The translations under genes were made by a program, and so were the position numbers. From Eubacteriales bacterium (GTDB taxonomy: Bacteria; Bacillota; Clostridia; Oscillospirales; SIG627), in contig JAZNRH010000044.1 in assembly GCA_045590615.1 (NCBI GenBank), forward strand, positions 1-61,365: a stretch of 61,365 bases of DNA. Direction: 5' to 3'. The notes beneath the pieces are model-generated. The model had not been told where the DNA came from. It searched no databases and saw only the letters and a list, made by a program, of their open reading frames with translations. Below, in pieces: positions 17,431-27,898 of this stretch (its first letter is position 1; the number at the start of each line of letters is the position of its first letter).

Positions 17431-18144
17431 ATGGAAGAAAATAAAAAAATTACGCCTTGGAAAATAATAAAATGGATGTTTATGCTTACAAGCTTACTCG
17501 TTTATCTGCTCGTTTTTACGAGGCTGTTTGTAGCGTGTGACGCTGATATATCCGACGATATCATATTGACCTCTGTCGAAAAAGAGGCATTTGAAAATCT
17601 CGACACTGATTATCCACTTTATAGCTGTCAGCCGATGTCGTGGACCAATGAAGAGGGAACTATTCAAATTAAGAATATCTATTATATAGAGCCGATTTCC
17701 GAGCTTCAGCTGACTGTGAGATACAGAATCAGCGAGTTCGACAAGGACACGACCACTCCCTTCGTTTTCAAAATAAGGGTGGTTGAGGACGACTCTCAGC
17801 TTGAGACCGACGGAGAGCTTTATGAGGCAGATTTGTCGGGTAAAACGCTTGAGGGCACCGAATATTACAGCGAGTCAAGATTTGACTATAAATACGTGAG
17901 GCTGTGCACTCCCGGAGTCACAATCGACGACGGTGAGAGTGTAACCGAGAGGATACAGCTTGTTGACGAGGACGGCAACGTCAGCTATACCACGAAAACC
18001 ACCGTCGAGGGTGGCAACAGAATTTACCTCGATATATATGACAGCGAGACCGAGGAGCTGCTTTATTCTTTTGTTGTAGCAGGAAAAACGGTTGGCGAAA
18101 ACAGAGTGAGAAGAAGTAAGGTAGACGTAAGAATTGTAGACTAA
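17431..18144 (+). CDS. Hypothetical membrane-anchored protein
   Basis: 237 aa with a single N-terminal TM segment and an acidic extracellular part. No family recognised. Confidence 0.55.
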   Translation: MEENKKITPWKIIKWMFMLTSLLVYLLVFTRLFVACDADISDDIILTSVEKEAFENLDTDYPLYSCQPMSWTNEEGTIQIKNIYYIEPISELQLTVRYRISEFDKDTTTPFVFKIRVVEDDSQLETDGELYEADLSGKTLEGTEYYSESRFDYKYVRLCTPGVTIDDGESVTERIQLVDEDGNVSYTTKTTVEGGNRIYLDIYDSETEELLYSFVVAGKTVGENRVRRSKVDVRIVD

Positions 18145-18158
18145 GGGGAGGTGGTTAA

Positions 18159-20546
18159 ATGATAAAGGTTACAGTGAGACTGATGTCCTCGACCTCATCG
18201 TTTGACCGTCCTTACAGCTATATTTCCGACGTTGACGTTGAGCCCGGAAGCGTTGTGGCTTTGCCCTTTGGCTCTGCAAATCGCAGACAGTACGGAGTTG
18301 TTACAGAGGTGGGTGCGTACAACGGCGAAAAGCTCAAGAGTATACTTTTTGCCCTTCCTGAGCCATATTCATTAACACCACTTCAGCTTGGCATTGCAGA
18401 GTTTATGTCAGAGCGATTTTTCGCAACCTTTGGCGATTGTGCAAGACTTATGCTCCCGACGGGTATGGAGCTTGAAACAGCCGAGTTTATTGTGAGGGGT
18501 GAGCACTTTTCACAGCTTGATGACGACAAGCTGCTTGCTGCCTTTGAAAATAGCGATAGGGTTGCACTCGGTGGCGAGCTTGACAGAAGGTATCTTATGC
18601 CATATATCAAAAAGGGCTTTGTAAGGCTGGTTACCGAAGCAGTATGCCACGTCAACGAAAAAAAGGAGCGCTATATAAAGCGTCTTGACGCCGATGTCGA
18701 AATCGGTCTCAAGGGGGCAAAGAACAAAGAAAAATACAAGAGTATATTAGAGCATCTTTCGGGCGTTGACGAGATGAGCGTAAAGAGCGTTTTTGAAATA
18801 TACGGAGTGGATAATTCGGCAATAAGCTTTCTTACAAAAAGGGGGCTTGTCGAGACGGTTGTTCACAGCGTAGAGCGAACACCCTACGCTCCGGGTGAGG
18901 CAAAGCCCGTTGACATAAAGCTGTCAGACGAGCAGAGGGAGGCTTACAATACCCTTTCAGCAATGCTTGACAGCAAAAAGGGGTGCGCATCACTGCTTTA
19001 CGGAGTGACGGGCAGTGGAAAGACCTCGGTTATACTCTCTTTGATTGATAAGGCTGTTGGCGAGGGCAGGGGAGTTATAATGCTCGTGCCCGAAATTGCA
19101 CTGACGGCTCAGAGTGCACAGGTTTTGTTTTCGAGGTATTCTGATAAGGTTGCCGTTATTCATTCGGGAATGTCCAAGGGTGAAAGGCACGATAGCTGGG
19201 AGGCAATCAAATCGGGCAGAAAGAGTATAGTGCTGGGCACTCGCTCGGCAATATTTGCGCCCGTTCGGAACTTGGGGCTTCTCGTTATAGACGAGGAGCA
19301 GGACGACAGCTATAAATCCGATACCACACCAAGATATCACGCCCGTGATATAGCAAGATATATCTGCGCAAAGTCGGATGCATTGATGCTTCTTTCGTCG
19401 GCAACTCCCGACGTCGAGAGCTTTTATAACGCAGAGCTTGGCAAATATACCCTGGTTACGTTAAAGCAACGCTATGGCAGGGCAGTGCTCCCTCATATAG
19501 TGGTGGCAGACGTATCAAACGACGGAGTGTCAAGCCCCGAAAGGCTCGTGGGCAGAGAGCTTGAGGACAGACTGAACAGGGTGCTTGCCAAGGGTGAGCA
19601 GGCAGTAATTTTCGTCAATCGGCGAGGGCTCAAAAAGCTGTTGACCTGTCGCGACTGTAAAAGCGCCGTCACCTGTCCGAATTGCAGTGTAGCAATGACC
19701 TTGCATCAGCAGGGAGAAGGGCATCGGCTGGTATGCCATTATTGTGGATATTCGACGTTACCACCCGAAAAATGTCCCACCTGCAATTCCGAGCATATGC
19801 AGTACAGAGGCTACGGCACTCAGAAGCTTGAGCAGGAGCTGAAGCTGTTGTTCCCGAAGGCAAGGGTAATGCGAATGGATGCCGACACGACCCGAAAAAA
19901 GCTGTCACACGATGAGCTTATAGAGGAGTTTTCACAGCATAAAGCCGATATTTTAATCGGTACGCAGATGGTTGCCAAGGGGCACAACTTCCCCGACGTC
20001 ACTCTCGTTGGCGTAATAATGGCAGACCTGTCCCTCTTTTCGTCGGACTATCGTGCAAACGAGCACACCTTCGCTCTTATGACTCAGGTCGTGGGCAGGG
20101 CAGGGCGAGGCGAGAAGAAGGGCGTCGCAGTAATACAGACTATGAATCCGTATCACGAGATTATCGAGCTTTGCACTACTCAGGACTACGATAGCTTTTA
20201 TAAAGGCGAAATTGCGCTGAGGCGTGCGCTTACCTTTCCGCCCTTTTGCACTGTCGGTATGTTTATGCTGACAAGCGAAAGCGAGGGCGAGCTCGACAGG
20301 GGCTCAAAGCTGCTCAACGATAGCTTTACAAGCCTCTTAAAGACCGAATTTTCCGACGTAAAGCTGATTGCTTACGGACCCTTCGAGGCAATTCCGTATA
20401 AATTAAAAAATACCTATAGGCGAAAGTTAGTGGTAAAGTACAAAAATTCACCACGCACGCGAGAGCTTTTCAGACGGGTGCTTGATTCCTTTGATGCCAA
20501 GAGCCCGATAAGGTGCTATTTCGACGCTTCGCCGAATATGTTATGA
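18159..20546 (+). CDS. priA: Primosomal protein N' (replication restart helicase)
   Basis: 795 aa. Walker A GVTGSGKT, DEEQD box and the Cys-rich zinc region CRDCKSAVTCPNCSVAMTLH...CHYCG. Confidence 0.9.
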   Translation: MIKVTVRLMSSTSSFDRPYSYISDVDVEPGSVVALPFGSANRRQYGVVTEVGAYNGEKLKSILFALPEPYSLTPLQLGIAEFMSERFFATFGDCARLMLPTGMELETAEFIVRGEHFSQLDDDKLLAAFENSDRVALGGELDRRYLMPYIKKGFVRLVTEAVCHVNEKKERYIKRLDADVEIGLKGAKNKEKYKSILEHLSGVDEMSVKSVFEIYGVDNSAISFLTKRGLVETVVHSVERTPYAPGEAKPVDIKLSDEQREAYNTLSAMLDSKKGCASLLYGVTGSGKTSVILSLIDKAVGEGRGVIMLVPEIALTAQSAQVLFSRYSDKVAVIHSGMSKGERHDSWEAIKSGRKSIVLGTRSAIFAPVRNLGLLVIDEEQDDSYKSDTTPRYHARDIARYICAKSDALMLLSSATPDVESFYNAELGKYTLVTLKQRYGRAVLPHIVVADVSNDGVSSPERLVGRELEDRLNRVLAKGEQAVIFVNRRGLKKLLTCRDCKSAVTCPNCSVAMTLHQQGEGHRLVCHYCGYSTLPPEKCPTCNSEHMQYRGYGTQKLEQELKLLFPKARVMRMDADTTRKKLSHDELIEEFSQHKADILIGTQMVAKGHNFPDVTLVGVIMADLSLFSSDYRANEHTFALMTQVVGRAGRGEKKGVAVIQTMNPYHEIIELCTTQDYDSFYKGEIALRRALTFPPFCTVGMFMLTSESEGELDRGSKLLNDSFTSLLKTEFSDVKLIAYGPFEAIPYKLKNTYRRKLVVKYKNSPRTRELFRRVLDSFDAKSPIRCYFDASPNML

Positions 20547-20557
20547 GGAGAAAATAA

Positions 20558-21025
20558 ATGGCTATACTTAATATTGTAAAAACGGGAGACGATATACTTA
20601 AGAAGCGTTCGAGACCCGTTGAAAAAATCGACGAAAGGGTACTTACTCTTCTTGACGATATGAAGGAAACGCTTGCCAAGGCGCAGGGCGCAGGACTTGC
20701 AGCCGTTCAGGTCGGTATACTCAAAAGAGTGGTAATTATCGACGTTGGCGACGGACCTATCGAGCTGATTAACCCCGAGATTATTTCGACCAAGGGAAGC
20801 TACGAGGTTTACGAGGGCTGTCTTTCATTCCCCGACGTATGGGTAGTAAAGAAGAGACCCAAAAAGGTTACGGGAAAGGCACTTGACAGAAACGGAAATG
20901 AAATTATCTTTGAGGATATGGAAGGGCTTATGGCTCAGGCCTTCTGTCACGAGACCGACCACCTTGACGGAAGACTACTCGTTGACGATATAGTAAGATA
21001 CGTTGAAAAGGATGAGCTTGAATGA
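20558..21025 (+). CDS. def: Peptide deformylase
   Basis: GAGLAAVQVG, EGCLSFP and HETDHLDG motifs. Confidence 0.95.
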   Translation: MAILNIVKTGDDILKKRSRPVEKIDERVLTLLDDMKETLAKAQGAGLAAVQVGILKRVVIIDVGDGPIELINPEIISTKGSYEVYEGCLSFPDVWVVKKRPKKVTGKALDRNGNEIIFEDMEGLMAQAFCHETDHLDGRLLVDDIVRYVEKDELE

Positions 21026-21954
21026 AAATAATGTATATGGGCACACCTCTTTTTGCAGCGCGTGTGCTTGAAATAATCGCTGAGGAATTTCCCGACAGTG
21101 AAATAATGGCAATAACCAAGCCCGATACTCCCAAGGGGCGCTCGTATAAGCTTCAGCCTTGCGAAACGAAGCTCAAGGCAATCGAGCTCGGCTTGAGGGT
21201 AGAGACTCCCGAAAGCCTCAAAAAAGAGTGCTTTGAAGAGACTCTCAACGACTTTGCACCCGATATAATAATTGTCGCTGCATACGGTAAGATTTTACCC
21301 GAGTACGTTTTGAATTTTGCACGCTACGGAGCAATCAACGTACACGGCTCGCTCCTTCCCGAATATAGAGGCGCTGCCCCCGTAAACCGTGCGATTATCG
21401 ACGGTAAGACCAAGACGGGAGTCACCATTATGTATATGGAAAAGGGTCTTGATACGGGTGATATGCTTTCAAAGGCAGAGGTGGAAATCACCGACGATAT
21501 AACTGCAACCGAGCTTTTCGCATCTCTTGCAGAGGTGGGAGGCAGGCTGGTTTCAAAGACGGTGAGAGATATCGTGTCGGGTAGCTTTACAAGAGAAAAG
21601 CAGGACGATTCGATTTCTACCTACGCAGAGAAAATCACCTCGGCAGAGCAAAAGATTGATTGGTCTGACACAGCCTTCAATATAACGAGACTTATTCACG
21701 GCTTGTCCGAAGAGCCCTCGGCAATTACGACTATGCCCGACGGCAAGCTGTTGAAAATCTACCGTGTCAAGCTGTCCGACGAGAGCTTTGATGCACCTGT
21801 CGGTCAGGTGGTAGTTGCAAAAAAGAAAATTCAGATTGCCTGTGGAGAGGGAAGCATACAGCTTTTGGAGCTACAGCTTGAGGGTGGCAAAAGGATGACT
21901 GCCTCCGACTTCCTTAACGGCAGAAAAATCGCACTCGGCGATATATTGAGTTAG
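21022..21954 (+). CDS. fmt: Methionyl-tRNA formyltransferase
   Basis: 310 aa. INVHGSLLPEYRGAAPV motif. Overlaps the def stop. Confidence 0.95.
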   Translation: MKIMYMGTPLFAARVLEIIAEEFPDSEIMAITKPDTPKGRSYKLQPCETKLKAIELGLRVETPESLKKECFEETLNDFAPDIIIVAAYGKILPEYVLNFARYGAINVHGSLLPEYRGAAPVNRAIIDGKTKTGVTIMYMEKGLDTGDMLSKAEVEITDDITATELFASLAEVGGRLVSKTVRDIVSGSFTREKQDDSISTYAEKITSAEQKIDWSDTAFNITRLIHGLSEEPSAITTMPDGKLLKIYRVKLSDESFDAPVGQVVVAKKKIQIACGEGSIQLLELQLEGGKRMTASDFLNGRKIALGDILS

Positions 21955-21963
21955 GAGATTATT

Positions 21964-22659
21964 ATGCCTTATTTTTATTATTACGATATTTGGATTATAC
22001 CCGTTTTGCTTGCAGCACTCTGGTCCTTCTGGGCGAGTGCAAAGGTGAATTCGACCTTTAAGAAATATTCTAAAGTCACTAATATGAGAGGACTTACGGG
22101 CGCTGATTGCGCAAGGGCTGTCCTCAGAGCAGGTGGAGTGTTTGACGTGAGCATCGAGAAGGTGAGTGGAAGCCTTACCGACCACTACGACCCGACCAAA
22201 AAGGTAATCAGACTTTCCGAGTCGGTCTATGATTCGAGCTCGGTTGCAGCGCTGGGCGTTGCTGCGCACGAGGCAGGACACGCAGTTCAGCACGCAGTCG
22301 GTTATTTCCCGATTAAAATCAGGACTGCAATCATTCCCGTATGCCAGATTGGTTCAAACCTTGCAATGCCACTCGTATTGTTTGGCATACTCTTTTCTAT
22401 GACTAATCTTGCGTATATCGGAGTTGCGTTCTTTGGTCTCTCGGCGCTTTTTCAGCTTGTCACACTTCCCGTTGAATTCAACGCTTCAAACAGAGCGCTT
22501 GAGTATATGGAAAACGAAAACATTCTCGTTCACGACGAGCTCAAAAGTGCAAAGAAGGTGCTGTCTGCTGCAGCAATGACCTACGTTGCAGCGCTTGCAG
22601 TTGCGCTTGCAAACCTGCTCAGACTGTTTATGCTGGTAAACAGAAATTCGAGGGACTGA
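21964..22659 (+). CDS. Membrane zinc metallopeptidase (YpjG/Zn_peptidase_2-like)
   Basis: 231 aa. HEAGHAVQH zinc motif with flanking TM segments. Confidence 0.75.
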   Translation: MPYFYYYDIWIIPVLLAALWSFWASAKVNSTFKKYSKVTNMRGLTGADCARAVLRAGGVFDVSIEKVSGSLTDHYDPTKKVIRLSESVYDSSSVAALGVAAHEAGHAVQHAVGYFPIKIRTAIIPVCQIGSNLAMPLVLFGILFSMTNLAYIGVAFFGLSALFQLVTLPVEFNASNRALEYMENENILVHDELKSAKKVLSAAAMTYVAALAVALANLLRLFMLVNRNSRD

Positions 22660-22660
22660 T

Positions 22661-23902
22661 ATGGGCAATCCGAGAAGGCTTGCCCTTGATAGCCTGAAAA
22701 AATGTGCCAGAGACGGAAAGTACGTTAATTTAGAGGTGCTGAGCAGTCTTTCTGACACAAGGCTCGAGGCAAGAGACAAGGCTCTTTATACAGCGCTTGT
22801 CTACGGAGTAATCGAAAAGAGCATAACGCTTGACTATCTTATATCGGGCTTTTCGAGGCTTCCTCTTGAAAGGCTGGACAGCGATACCCTCAATGCGTTG
22901 AGGCTTGGTCTCTACCAGATAATTTATATGGACAGAATACCGGGCTTTTCGGCTTGCGACGAGGCAGTCAAGTTAGTGCCCCGTTCGGCAAAGCCCTACG
23001 TCAACGCCGTGTTGAGAAGTGCGCTCAGATGTGATTTGAACGAGAAAATTCGCTGTGCGCCGTTATCCGTCAGATATTCTGTGCCCGATTGGTTAATCGA
23101 GCTCTGGCAAAAGGGCTATGGCGAAGAGAAAACGCTTGAAATATTGGAGGGCTTTCTCAAAAGGCCACCGATGACGATAATAGTAAACACCCTTAAAACA
23201 AATAACGGGGAGCTACTCGGCAGAATAGATGCTCAGCCACACCCCGAGCTTGACGGCATTCTGTTTGCCAAGGGCAACGTAGAGGAGCTTTACGGCTTTG
23301 ACAAAGGCTTTTTCTTCGTGCAGGGGAGTAATTCCTATAGGGCTGTCAGGGCGCTTGCACCAAGCTCTGATGAGCTTGTCATCGACACCTGCGCCTGCCC
23401 CGGTGGAAAGAGCTTTACAAGTGCAATCCTTATGGGAAACAAGGGTAAAATCTATTCCTTTGATTTGCACGCAAGCAAGCTTTCGCTGATAAATAAGGGA
23501 GCAGAGCGACTTGGAATTGATATAATCGAGACAGCAGTTTCGGATGCGAGAGCACCGAGGGCTGAGCTTGTGGGCAGAGCCGATGCAGTAATCTGCGACG
23601 TGCCCTGCTCGGGACTCGGTATAATCGCCAAGAAGCCTGATATAAAGTACAAAAGCCCGAATGATATAGAGAGACTGCCCGAAATTCAGTTCGATATTCT
23701 GACAGCCTCGTCCGAATATCTCAGGGTCGGTGGAAGGCTGTTGTATTCCACCTGTACTCTCAACCCCGATGAAAACGAGAGGGTGGTTGATAAATTCCTT
23801 GCTGTACATCCGGAGTTCAGGAGCGTTGAAAGAAAAACCGCGTTCCCGAGCGATGAAAGTGACGACGGATTTTTCTATGAATTATTGATAAAGGACTCTT
23901 AA
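22661..23902 (+). CDS. rsmB: 16S rRNA (cytosine967-C5)-methyltransferase
   Basis: N-terminal NusB-like domain plus DTCACPGGKS and DVPCSGLG motifs. Position after fmt matches other Firmicutes. Confidence 0.9.
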   Translation: MGNPRRLALDSLKKCARDGKYVNLEVLSSLSDTRLEARDKALYTALVYGVIEKSITLDYLISGFSRLPLERLDSDTLNALRLGLYQIIYMDRIPGFSACDEAVKLVPRSAKPYVNAVLRSALRCDLNEKIRCAPLSVRYSVPDWLIELWQKGYGEEKTLEILEGFLKRPPMTIIVNTLKTNNGELLGRIDAQPHPELDGILFAKGNVEELYGFDKGFFFVQGSNSYRAVRALAPSSDELVIDTCACPGGKSFTSAILMGNKGKIYSFDLHASKLSLINKGAERLGIDIIETAVSDARAPRAELVGRADAVICDVPCSGLGIIAKKPDIKYKSPNDIERLPEIQFDILTASSEYLRVGGRLLYSTCTLNPDENERVVDKFLAVHPEFRSVERKTAFPSDESDDGFFYELLIKDS

Positions 23903-23903
23903 A

Positions 23904-24962
23904 ATGGACAAAAAAGACGTTAAAAGCATGAGCTTTGAGGAGCTGGAAAAAGATATAGTGGAAATGGAACTCCCCAAATTCCGTGCAAAGCAGATATATT
24001 TACAGCTTTTCAATAAGCTTAAAACCGGCTTTTCTCAGATGAGCGAGCTTTCCTCTAAAATGGCAGAAGAGCTGGACGCACGCTATCATATAACGGCCCC
24101 CGAAATTGTTTCAAAGCTCGTTTCAAAAATCGACGGTACCGAAAAATATCTCCTTTTGCTCGATGACAAAAATATAATCGAGACGGTTCTGATGCGCTAC
24201 GAGCACGGAAATACGGTGTGCGTTTCAACTCAGGTTGGCTGTAGAATGGGCTGTGCCTTTTGCGCATCTACCAAGAACGGATTTGTCAGAGGACTTGAGC
24301 CCTCCGAAATCCTTGCACAGATTGAAACGATTACCAGAGAGCACCGTGACGAAGAGGGCTTCAGGGTTTCAAATATCGTGCTTATGGGAATAGGTGAGCC
24401 ACTTGACAATTACGATAACGTAATAAAATTTTTGCATCTTGTAAATTCTAAGATGGGACTTGAAATAGGCTATCGTCATATTTCGCTGTCTACTTGTGGC
24501 GTTGTGCCCAAGATTCTTGAGCTTGCAAAAGAGGAGCTTCCGATAACTCTGTCGATTTCCTTGCATGCGCCAAACGACGAAATAAGAGATGCGACAATGC
24601 CGATAAATCACAAGTATAAAATAGATGAGCTACTCAACGCCTGCAGGGAATATCAGAAAATTTGTGGGCGCAGAATATCCTTTGAATACGCCCTGATAGA
24701 TGGGGTGAACGACAAAAAGGAGCACGCTCTCGAGCTTGCAAAAAGGCTCAGGGGCATCATGTGTCACGTAAATTTAATCCCGGTAAACACAATTCGAGAG
24801 AAAAATTTCAAAAAATCGACAAAAAACTCAATAATTCTCTTTACAAAAACGCTTAATGATAGTAAAATAAATGCGACGGTACGAAGAAAGCTTGGCTCGG
24901 ATATAAACGCAGCCTGTGGTCAGCTCAGAAACGACCACATGAAAGCGAGTGCCACAGAATAA
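23904..24962 (+). CDS. rlmN: 23S rRNA/tRNA (adenine-C2)-methyltransferase, radical SAM
   Basis: VGCRMGCAFCAST radical-SAM cluster and a C-terminal GQL motif. Confidence 0.9.
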   Translation: MDKKDVKSMSFEELEKDIVEMELPKFRAKQIYLQLFNKLKTGFSQMSELSSKMAEELDARYHITAPEIVSKLVSKIDGTEKYLLLLDDKNIIETVLMRYEHGNTVCVSTQVGCRMGCAFCASTKNGFVRGLEPSEILAQIETITREHRDEEGFRVSNIVLMGIGEPLDNYDNVIKFLHLVNSKMGLEIGYRHISLSTCGVVPKILELAKEELPITLSISLHAPNDEIRDATMPINHKYKIDELLNACREYQKICGRRISFEYALIDGVNDKKEHALELAKRLRGIMCHVNLIPVNTIREKNFKKSTKNSIILFTKTLNDSKINATVRRKLGSDINAACGQLRNDHMKASATE

Positions 24963-24979
24963 ACGAAAAGGAGGTAAGT

Positions 24980-25753
24980 ATGCAGGTTTTTGGTATGAGT
25001 GACGTCGGACTTAAAAGAAGTCTGAACGAAGATAATTTCAGCGCCGATATTATTGACGGCGTAGCAGTTGCCCTCGTGTGCGACGGTATGGGTGGTGCAA
25101 ATGCAGGTGAGGTAGCAAGTAGAATAGCCTGCAAGACCTTCCTTGGCAGTATTCTGCCCAAAATCAAAGAAATCAGGGAAAGCACCACCGACAGAGCCGA
25201 GCTGATAATCAAAATCGAAAGAGCAATCAGCGTCTCCTGCCGTGAGGCAAACACCGAGGTATATAACACAGCCCAGAGCGACGAGAGTCTGTCGGGAATG
25301 GGCACAACCCTTTCGGGCTGTATAATAATAGACGATATGCTGTGGACCTACAACGTGGGTGACAGCCGTGTTTATCTGATTACCAAGAGCTCGGCAAGAC
25401 AGCTCACCGTTGACCACTCCTACGTACAAGCTCTTCTTGACGATGGAAAAATCACCAAGAAGGAGGCAGAGAACCACCCCAACAGAAACGTAATTCTCAG
25501 GGCGCTCGGAGTTGCAAGAGACGTTGAGTGCGACGTGGTCAATATGCCTCTTGAAGAGGGCTATTATCTGATATGCAGTGACGGAATGTCCAACTATTTT
25601 GATGAAAAGAAGTTCGTCAAGCTCATTTCCTCCAAAAAGACTATAGCTGATAAGGTGGAGGATTTGGTTGTCTTTGCCAACTCAAAGGGTGGCTCGGACA
25701 ACATAACGGTAGTACTTATAGATACTGAAAATGGAGGAAGCAATGAGCAATAA
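24980..25753 (+). CDS. prpC: PP2C-family Ser/Thr protein phosphatase
   Basis: NEDNF, DGMGG and GGSDNITVVL motifs. Located upstream of prkC. Confidence 0.9.
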   Translation: MQVFGMSDVGLKRSLNEDNFSADIIDGVAVALVCDGMGGANAGEVASRIACKTFLGSILPKIKEIRESTTDRAELIIKIERAISVSCREANTEVYNTAQSDESLSGMGTTLSGCIIIDDMLWTYNVGDSRVYLITKSSARQLTVDHSYVQALLDDGKITKKEAENHPNRNVILRALGVARDVECDVVNMPLEEGYYLICSDGMSNYFDEKKFVKLISSKKTIADKVEDLVVFANSKGGSDNITVVLIDTENGGSNEQ

Positions 25754-27779
25754 GGAAAAGTTTGAAGAGCTGGTTGGCTCTGTATTAGATGACCGATACA
25801 AGCTTATTTCTGTAGTGGGCGTAGGTGGAATGTCCGTTGTTTTCAAGGCAGAGGACACAAAGACGGGAAACGTCGTTGCAGTTAAGGTGCTCAACGAAAG
25901 TTCCGATGCCAATTCTCACGCAGTAAAGTGCTTTATAAACGAATCGAGAGCAATCTCAATGCTTTCTCATGAGAACATCGTCAAGGTCTTTGATATGTCT
26001 CTTGACGACGATTTGAAGTATATAGTTATGGAGTTAGCCGACGGACGTACTCTCAAGGAGTATATGAAGGAAAAGGGCAACAAGCTCACAAGAGAAGAGG
26101 CGCTCGGCTTTACGGAGCAAATCCTTCAGGCACTCGAGCACGCTCACGAAAAGGGAGTAATCCATCGTGATATAAAGCCACATAATATGATAGTTCTGCC
26201 CGACGGAAAGCTGAAGGTAACCGATTTCGGTATAGCCAGAGCACCCGGCAGCGATACGATTTCGATGTCGGACAAGGCGCTCGGAACGGTTTATTATATC
26301 AGTCCCGAGCAAGCGAGTGGCAAGCAGACGGGCACTTATTCGGATATCTACTCGGTTGGTGTAATGCTCTACGAGATGATAACGGGCAAGCTACCCTTTG
26401 ATGCAGATTCGCCCGTATCGGTTGCCATGATGCAGATCAGCAACGAGCCCAAGAAGCCTACCGAAATAGCACCCGAGACACCACGTGGACTCGAGCAGGT
26501 AATACTCAAAGCGATGTCCAAGAACCCACAGGACAGATTCAGGTCTGCACGCTCAATGCTTCGCGCGATCAGAATACTCAAGGAGTCTCCGATGACTGTA
26601 TTCAGCGACAAGAGTAAGGAGAACGCTGACGGCAAGGGCACAGGCAGTGCTCCCAAAAAGGTCGGTCAGAAAACGCAGATAACACTCTTCCCGATTATTC
26701 TCGGAATGGTGCTTGCCTTCTTCTCGGTACTGATTGTTTCGGGAATAGTGGTAGTCCTGACGGTATTCAATTCTGCATCCAACACCGAGGACGACGTAAT
26801 TTATGCAACAGTTCCTTCACTTATAGGTGAGGTATACGATGAAAATACGATAGCTGAGCTTGTAGGTGAGCATTTTGACGTAGAGGTAAAGTATGCCACT
26901 ACCCTCAATGATGCCTACGGCTATGGAGAAATCTACAGCACCAAGCCTTCTGCAGGTGAGGTAAAGAAAATCAAAAATTCAACAGGCACAACCTCACTCG
27001 TTCTTTACGTCAATCCCCTGGAGGGCAAGGCTGCCTTTGGAGATTATACCATAATGACGCTTAACGCAGCAAAAACTGCCTTGAGAAAGCACGGCTTCAA
27101 CAACGTTTCTGTGGTTGAAACCTCACATGATACAGTCCTTGACGGATACGTGTTCAAGACCTCTCCTGCAATGGGTGAGCTTGCAAGCACGAGCGATACC
27201 ATCACCCTTTACGTAAGTACGGGTAAGAGCCTCAAGAACGTAATTGCTATGCCCAATCTTGTCAACAAGACGCAGGGTCAGGCAATGGTTGAGCTCAAAG
27301 AGTTCGAGCTGGAGTTCATAACCGTTTCAAATTCGGCAAGAGTCGGAACGGTAGTTGCCCAGAGTGTGACACCGTACACTATTATATGCCCCGAATTTTG
27401 CGATAAGATTACCATTTACGTCAGCGACGGAAACGGAAAAACAGGCACTTCGGAAATAGAGCTGTACCTGTATATGCCCTCTCTTGTCGGTAGACAGCTC
27501 TCAGAGGTAGATGCCCTTATGAGTAACTTTATTTCAAAGGGTATACACGTTACAGCCCTTCCCGACGAGGAGCAGGCAGAGGTGGGAATAATCACCAGAC
27601 AGAGCGTTGAGGCAGGCAGTCAGATTCCTCTTGATTACACCGAGGAAATCAAGGTGTGGTACGGTACGGGCTACGTGGTTGAAGAAAATCCCGTTCGTCC
27701 CGAGGTTGCACCCGAGGATAACGCAGAGGAAGAAGCAGAGCAGGTTGAGAATAATAACCAACCTATAAAGGTTGTATAG
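25743..27779 (+). CDS. prkC: Ser/Thr protein kinase with extracellular PASTA repeats
   Basis: Hanks kinase motifs (HRDIKPHN, DFGIA), one TM segment and repeated PASTA-like modules. Start taken at the ATG after GGAGGAAG. Confidence 0.9.
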   Translation: MSNKEKFEELVGSVLDDRYKLISVVGVGGMSVVFKAEDTKTGNVVAVKVLNESSDANSHAVKCFINESRAISMLSHENIVKVFDMSLDDDLKYIVMELADGRTLKEYMKEKGNKLTREEALGFTEQILQALEHAHEKGVIHRDIKPHNMIVLPDGKLKVTDFGIARAPGSDTISMSDKALGTVYYISPEQASGKQTGTYSDIYSVGVMLYEMITGKLPFDADSPVSVAMMQISNEPKKPTEIAPETPRGLEQVILKAMSKNPQDRFRSARSMLRAIRILKESPMTVFSDKSKENADGKGTGSAPKKVGQKTQITLFPIILGMVLAFFSVLIVSGIVVVLTVFNSASNTEDDVIYATVPSLIGEVYDENTIAELVGEHFDVEVKYATTLNDAYGYGEIYSTKPSAGEVKKIKNSTGTTSLVLYVNPLEGKAAFGDYTIMTLNAAKTALRKHGFNNVSVVETSHDTVLDGYVFKTSPAMGELASTSDTITLYVSTGKSLKNVIAMPNLVNKTQGQAMVELKEFELEFITVSNSARVGTVVAQSVTPYTIICPEFCDKITIYVSDGNGKTGTSEIELYLYMPSLVGRQLSEVDALMSNFISKGIHVTALPDEEQAEVGIITRQSVEAGSQIPLDYTEEIKVWYGTGYVVEENPVRPEVAPEDNAEEEAEQVENNNQPIKVV

Positions 27780-27892
27780 CCAAAGGGAGCCGAACTCTTG
27801 TCGGTTTCAAGGGTGATTTTATAGCTTAGATTAAATTTCGGGCGAGATGCTTTTCGGCTAAAAGCAACCTCGCCCAAAATCATTTTGAAAGG
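27775..27892. repeat. Family A palindromic repeat, copy A1 (degenerate right arm)
   Basis: The first 46 nt, TATAGCCAAAGGGAGCCGAACTCTTGTCGGTTTCAAGGGTGATTTT, are identical to 61227..61272. The repeat begins inside the prkC stop codon. Confidence 0.8.
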
Positions 27893-27898
27893 TAGTAT

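Noticed and set aside
27821-27892. Possibility that copy A1 between prkC and rsgA is a riboswitch or leader for rsgA.
   Set aside because: The same sequence recurs at two unrelated loci in either orientation, so it behaves as a dispersed repeat rather than a gene-specific leader.
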